NCBI GenBank assembly: GCA_963555825.3
Contig: CAUVXB020000002.1
Coordinates: forward strand, 320,001-384,000
Length of the DNA stretch: 64,000 bases
Direction: 5' to 3'
From: Alphaproteobacteria bacterium
GTDB taxonomy: Bacteria; Pseudomonadota; Alphaproteobacteria; JAAXGF01
A model generated the notes under the pieces. The model saw only the letters and a program-made list of their open reading frames with translations. It was not told the origin of the DNA and did not search any database. Shown here in pieces: positions 56,489 to 64,000 of the stretch. The stretch's first letter is position 1. Each line of letters opens with the position of its first letter. The translations under genes and the position numbers were made by a program.

Positions 56489-56849
56489 GATCTCGCCCCC
56501 GTGATCTTACATTTCCGGCGCCGAAAACGCCGATCAACCACCGGTCGGGTGTTCAAGCAGGAGCAACCCTCGGCATGATCAATGCATTTCGCGACACCAC
56601 GTCACCATAACAATCCTGCCTCACATGGCCAAGCGATATTTCGCCCCGCGACACAACATTTACGCCACCAGAAGGATACCGCCTGGGGGATTACCCCCAA
56701 AATTTGCGATTATTTTGTGCGCTGCATCATTATACTTTCGCGTCGCAGATCAATGCTGCAACTGCGTGATAGTTTTTGTGTGCTGCACCAATAGTCGACT
56801 TGCAGGGCGAACCGCGCGGTATCGTCCGCGGCCTTCGGTCGCGCGACGG

Positions 56850-57788
56850 TCAGGGAACGGTTGGCAGGGAAACGTGGAATGTGGCGCCTTCGCCGGGACG
56901 GCTTTCGACGCCGATCCGCCCGTTGTGCCGCTCGACGATCGCCTTGCTCAGCGCCAGACTGAAGCCGGCCCCATGCGGCTCGCTCTCCAGGGTGTCGCCG
57001 GCTTCCAGGAACTGGGCGAAAATGATGCCATGGCGGGCGGGCGGAATGCCGGGTCCGTTGTCGCTGACGGCAACGCGCGCGGCCCCCTCGGTGGTTTCGA
57101 GTCCAAGCGTGACGCGGCCCGTGCCGGGCTCGGAAAATTTTGCCGCGTTGGCCAGCAAGCTCTCGATCACCTGAGCCAGCCAGCGCCGATCGCCACGAAC
57201 CGTCGCGCCCGGCTGTGCAACCGCCGCCTCCAGGTTCACGCACTTCAAATCGAACAGCGGCCGCGTCGCGTCGATCGCCACGTCGATCGGCTCGCCGATG
57301 TCGAATTCGGCCGGTTCCCAGTCGAGGCGCCCCGAGCGCAGCCGCGACCAGCTGACGATCTGGTCGATCAAATGCGACAAGCGCGCGCCTTCGGCGATGG
57401 CGATATCGAGAAAACTCGCCCGTTGCTGGAGCGTGAGCTCATCACCGTCGGCGAGAATTTCGGAAAACGAGCATAGCGAGGTCAGCGGCGACAGGAGCTT
57501 GTGGGAGATCGCCCCAACGAACCCGTCGGGCAACCAACCAGCCTCCGTCTGGAGACCGTCGTTGGCGGCTTGCAGCACCGTCATGGCGTGCTCGAATTGG
57601 CGCAGCTTCGCTTCGAATGCGCCGCATTCGTCGATCAGCCCGCCGATCTCTCCGAGCATGCTCTGGATACCCGACTGGGCGTCGGCAAAGGCCGCTTGAT
57701 TGACGCCCTCCAGCGTCGCGACATTGCGCTGGTGACGCGCGAGCAGCGCGTCCCAATCAACGCCTGGCAGGGTGAACTTAGTGGTCAT
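56850..57788 (-). CDS. histidine kinase with phasin-like N-terminus
   Basis: SHKLLSPLTS H-box, NAAKF, DNGPGI, GAGFSL; N-terminus FTLPGVDWDALLARHQRNVATL. Confidence 0.75.
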   Translation of the reverse strand: MTTKFTLPGVDWDALLARHQRNVATLEGVNQAAFADAQSGIQSMLGEIGGLIDECGAFEAKLRQFEHAMTVLQAANDGLQTEAGWLPDGFVGAISHKLLSPLTSLCSFSEILADGDELTLQQRASFLDIAIAEGARLSHLIDQIVSWSRLRSGRLDWEPAEFDIGEPIDVAIDATRPLFDLKCVNLEAAVAQPGATVRGDRRWLAQVIESLLANAAKFSEPGTGRVTLGLETTEGAARVAVSDNGPGIPPARHGIIFAQFLEAGDTLESEPHGAGFSLALSKAIVERHNGRIGVESRPGEGATFHVSLPTVP

Positions 57789-57903
57789 TCTCGCCTACCG
57801 TTCCGCGATCCACGCTTCGGCGCGGTCACCGGCTGCGCACTGTACAGGGGCGGCGTTCGAAATGCTATTGTCGCCGCCGGAGCGTGACGCATTCGCGGCG
57901 TCG

Positions 57904-60663
<2,760 letters not shown>

Positions 60664-60665
60664 CG

Positions 60666-60908
60666 TCAGTCCTTCGCGCCGGTCGCTGGCGGTGCCGGCG
60701 ATGTCTCGACGACCGCGAACCACGCGGTCAATCGCATCAAGGCGATCAACCCGGCCCAGGCGGCGAAGAGGTAGACATAGAACAGCGGAATTCCGAAGAC
60801 GTAGGCGTCGATGTTGAACAGCAGTAGTACCGGCGCATTGAAGGCGAGAACCCCGAGCAGAAACAACGCGACCATCCGCTCGCGATTGATTTTCCGGTGT
60901 CTGATCAT
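60666..60908 (-). CDS. small membrane protein preceding the sensor kinase
   Basis: ERMVALFLLG..FN.P, FGIPLFYVYLF..W. Confidence 0.8.
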   Translation of the reverse strand: MIRHRKINRERMVALFLLGVLAFNAPVLLLFNIDAYVFGIPLFYVYLFAAWAGLIALMRLTAWFAVVETSPAPPATGAKD

Positions 60909-61051
60909 AGTGGCCGTCGTCCCTACTCGCGGTCGCCACGAGGCCGCCCATCCGGGCGGTCACGTCGAAACAAACCGCCAACATTGTAACCCGTGGCGGC
61001 GCCACGCGGGAGTCGCAATTCCGGGCGCCGGCGCGCCGCCGAAACGATGCG

Positions 61052-61307
61052 TCAGAATTGCGCCTGCGGCCTGCGCAGTTCGACCATCGAGGCGGCGGTC
61101 GCGAGGGCGTCGCCGAGCGTCCGTGAGCCGCGCTGCTCTACGAGGTCGATCGTGCACAGAAAGACCGTCGACCATCGTCGCCTTGGTCGCGACATCGTCG
61201 GCATAAGCCGCCGGCCCGACGACGATCCATAGTGCGATCGCGGTTTCCTACAACACGGCAACGCCGAGCGCGGCGAACAGCAACGCGACGGTGGCGCGCG
61301 GGGTCAT
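61052..61307 (-). pseudogene. degraded remnant, probably of the membrane-anchored 3'-5' exonuclease found in such clusters
   Basis: RBS plus MTPRATVALLFAALGVAVL* TM start; frameshifted tail TVFLCTIDLVEQRGSRTLGDAL..MVELRR..F resembles that family's C-terminus (from memory). Confidence 0.5.
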
Positions 61308-61324
61308 CGCTCCCAGGGCGCGCG

Positions 61325-61702
61325 TCAGTCCTCGACGCCTTCGACCAGGCTGCGCACGCGCGCGACGACCTCGCGTGTCGAAAACGGTTTGGTGATGTAG
61401 TCGTCGGCGCCCAGCGCCAAGCCCTTCTCGATCTCGACATCGCGTCCCTTGGCGGTCAGCATGATGATCCGTATGTCGTGCCAATCGGGGTTGCCCCGGA
61501 TCGACCGGCAGACGTCGTAGCCGTTGCGCTTGGGCATCATCACGTCGAGCAGCACGAGCCTGGGCTTGCGGTGCTCGATCGCGCGCATCGCCGCTTCGCC
61601 GTCCCGCGCCACGCGCACGTCGTAGCCAGCCCGCTTCATCATGAACTCGAGCGAGATGACGATGTTCGGTTCGTCATCGACGATCAGCACCGAGGGTTTC
61701 AT
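61325..61702 (-). CDS. single-domain response regulator
   Basis: IVDDE, LLDVMMP, MLTAK, TKPF. Confidence 0.93.
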   Translation of the reverse strand: MKPSVLIVDDEPNIVISLEFMMKRAGYDVRVARDGEAAMRAIEHRKPRLVLLDVMMPKRNGYDVCRSIRGNPDWHDIRIIMLTAKGRDVEIEKGLALGADDYITKPFSTREVVARVRSLVEGVED

Positions 61703-61764
61703 GGACGGGTCTCTTTCCCCTGCGTCGGCCCGTGACGGCGGGTCCGGCTCCGTGCCGACGAGTC

Positions 61765-62304
61765 TAGCCCGGATTTCTCACCATGGACAGGCGCGTCATC
61801 GCGTCGGGCGGAGCCGAGCCGCCAGGAGAAGGCCGCCGAGCGTAGCCTGGGCTACGCGCAAGGCCTTCGACGCCGCGGGCGGCCCGCCCGGCGCGACCCT
61901 TAAGGGCGGCGGATCTCGGACGACAGGCCGCGTCAAAGCGCTTGCCCGATGCGCGAGTACTCACTTGCACGATTCCACGGTACGTAGGACGGCCTTGCGC
62001 GGTCGTCCGGCAAGGCGCCCGGCGCGCCGTGATGCTGGGCGCATCACAAGCGCCGGGCAACGCCGCCGGCGGCCGCGCAAGGCCGCCCTCCGGGTCGCGT
62101 TTCCCGCCCCCTCGGGGCGTCGGGAACGCTCGCCGATGCGAAGGCATCGCCTTCGCGCCCCTTCCTGCCGAGGAACGGGAAACGCGATCCTACGTGCCGT
62201 GGAATCGTGCAAGGGAGTACTGGCATCGTGGCCCGCACGCTTTTCCTAGCCCGTCGGCCGATATCCGCCGTGCCGCACCTGTCCATGGTGAGAAGTCCGG
62301 GTTG
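61765..62304. mobile_element. composite nested MITE-like palindromic element, copy 2
   Basis: Near-identical to 15410-15950; inner element at 61958-62219. Confidence 0.9.
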
Positions 62305-62393
62305 GCCCGGAACAGCACCTGCGGCCATAGCGACAAACGGCGCTCGACACGGCCGCGAAAGTCGGGCAAACCGGCAGGAGGCGGGGAATTGGC

Positions 62394-63530
62394 ATGACCG
62401 ACGACGTGACCGGCATCATCGATACAGTGGCGGCGTTCACGCGCGACCGCGTGGCGCCCGAGGCGGCCGGCTGGGAACGCGCGCGGCGCGTGCCGCTCGA
62501 GACGATCCGCGGCGCCGCCGCGCTCGGCCTCTGCGGCCTGATGGTGCCGGCCGCGCACGGCGGGGCCGGCTGCGGCATGAGCACCGCCGCGCGCGTCTTC
62601 GAGGAGATCGCCGCCGGTTGCATGGCGTTCGCCTTCAGCCTCGAGGTGCAGAACAACTTCGCGCGCAGCATCGCGAGTTTCGGCACGGCCGAGCAGATCG
62701 CGCGCCATCTGCCGCCGCTGCTCTCCGGCGCGCGCATCGGCGCCTTCCTGTTGACCGAGCCGGGCGTCGGCAGCGACGCCGCGGCGATCACCACCCGCGC
62801 GACGCGCGACGGCGACGGCTGGGTGATCGACGGCGAAAAGGCTTGGGTCACCAACGGGTCCGCCGCTGACCTCTTGTTCGTCTTCGCCCAGACCGATGCG
62901 GACGCCGGCTGGCGCGGCATCGCCGCCTTCGTGATCGACGCGACCGCCGATGGCGTCACGCGCGGCGCGGCGTACTCTCTGTTGGGCTGCCATGCGATGG
63001 GCACCGGCGGTTTCACCTTCTCGGGCGTGCGCGTCGCCGGCGACGCCCTGCTGATCGGCCCTGGCGAGGCCTTCAAGGAGGCGTTGCACGGCATCGACGT
63101 CGCGCGCGTCGGCGTCGGCGCGTTGTGCTGCGGCATGATGCGATCGGGCCTCGCCACCGCGCTCGACTACACCGCCCGGCGCGAGGCGTTCGGCCGGCCG
63201 ACGATCGAGTTCCAGGGCCTGCAGTGGATGCTCGCCGACGTCGCCACCGATCTCGAGGCGAGCCGGCTGCTGACCCGCGAGGCGGCGCTGGCGGTCGACG
63301 CCGGCGCCGGCACGGTCGCCGCGGCGCACGCCAAGAAGTTCGCGACGCGGGCGGCGCTCAAGGGCCTCGCCGACTGCATGCAGGCGATGGGCGCCGCCGG
63401 CTTGAAGGACGATACGCCGCTCGCCCGCCACCTCGCCTGCGCCAAGACGGCGCAATTTCTCGATGGTACGACGGAGATCCAGAACGTGGTGATCGCACGC
63501 GACTTGATGCGGCGCGGGGGCGGCACATGA
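62394..63530 (+). CDS. acyl-CoA dehydrogenase
   Basis: LTEPGVGSD, GEKAWVTN, REAFG, FQGLQW, DGTTEIQ. Confidence 0.93.
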   Translation: MTDDVTGIIDTVAAFTRDRVAPEAAGWERARRVPLETIRGAAALGLCGLMVPAAHGGAGCGMSTAARVFEEIAAGCMAFAFSLEVQNNFARSIASFGTAEQIARHLPPLLSGARIGAFLLTEPGVGSDAAAITTRATRDGDGWVIDGEKAWVTNGSAADLLFVFAQTDADAGWRGIAAFVIDATADGVTRGAAYSLLGCHAMGTGGFTFSGVRVAGDALLIGPGEAFKEALHGIDVARVGVGALCCGMMRSGLATALDYTARREAFGRPTIEFQGLQWMLADVATDLEASRLLTREAALAVDAGAGTVAAAHAKKFATRAALKGLADCMQAMGAAGLKDDTPLARHLACAKTAQFLDGTTEIQNVVIARDLMRRGGGT

Positions 63531-64000
63531 CCGCCGCGCTCAGACGATACCGCCTGAGCCGCGTCCAGGCCGAGCTCGAGGCGCACGACATCGCCGCCTG
63601 CGTGCTCTTGGATCCGCTCAACATCCGCTACGCGACCGACAGCGTGAACTTTCAGGTCATGCAGATGCACCTGCCGTCGCGCTACGCCTTCGTGCCGGCC
63701 GAGGGCAAGGCCGTCGTCTTCAACCTGGGCAACTGGTCGGGCGGCAGCGAAGCGACCGAAACGGTCGGTGAGTACCGCATCTCGACACCGGTCGCGCATT
63801 TCTTCGCCGGGCCCGACGTCGAGGCGCGCGCCAAGCACTGGGCGGCCGAGATCGCCGAGCTGGTGCGCGCCAACGGCGGCGGCAACCGGCGCCTCGCGAT
63901 CGACCGGACCGAACCCGCCAACTTCCACGCGCTCGCCGCCGAGGGCCTCGAACTGGTCGACGCGCAACGGCCGATGGAGCTCGCGCGCGCCATCAAGTCG
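63527..64000 (+). CDS. M24 Xaa-Pro peptidase family (DddP-like N-terminus), partial
   Basis: Manual translation MTAALRRYRLSRVQAEL..LDPLNIRYATDS..; ATGA overlap with the dehydrogenase. Confidence 0.8.
   Translation, partial: MTAALRRYRLSRVQAELEAHDIAACVLLDPLNIRYATDSVNFQVMQMHLPSRYAFVPAEGKAVVFNLGNWSGGSEATETVGEYRISTPVAHFFAGPDVEARAKHWAAEIAELVRANGGGNRRLAIDRTEPANFHALAAEGLELVDAQRPMELARAIKS

Overview
High-GC chromosomal window, most likely from an Alphaproteobacterium (Rhodospirillales-like; inferred from the rsmH-mraZ ... rnpB ... amidase synteny, long-form dCTP deaminase, eipA and GTTC-N7-GTTC LexA boxes). The backbone carries rsmH/mraZ, RNase P RNA, an AmpD-type amidase, uup, djlA, an EF-G paralogue, an amino-acid ABC operon, ampG, an HtrA protease, dadA, dcd, hspQ, a Na+/solute symporter cluster and a CrbS/PrlS-like SLC5-STAC histidine kinase. 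The region is heavily remodelled. Five different IS elements each sit inside a gene with an intact target duplication, one of them an unusual 14 bp. A family of about 260-280 bp TA-ended, multi-hairpin MITE-like elements is present, including a nested element-within-element composite in two copies 46 kb apart. Two integrase-free cargo blocks are bounded by diverged duplicates of gene ends (amidase 3' plus rnpB 5'; rid 3'), and an ampG 5' remnant precedes a different full ampG. Protein-level oddities include a possible phasin-histidine kinase fusion and an uncharacterised symporter-TPR-pentapeptide gene cluster. All calls come from reading the sequence by eye; no database searches were run.
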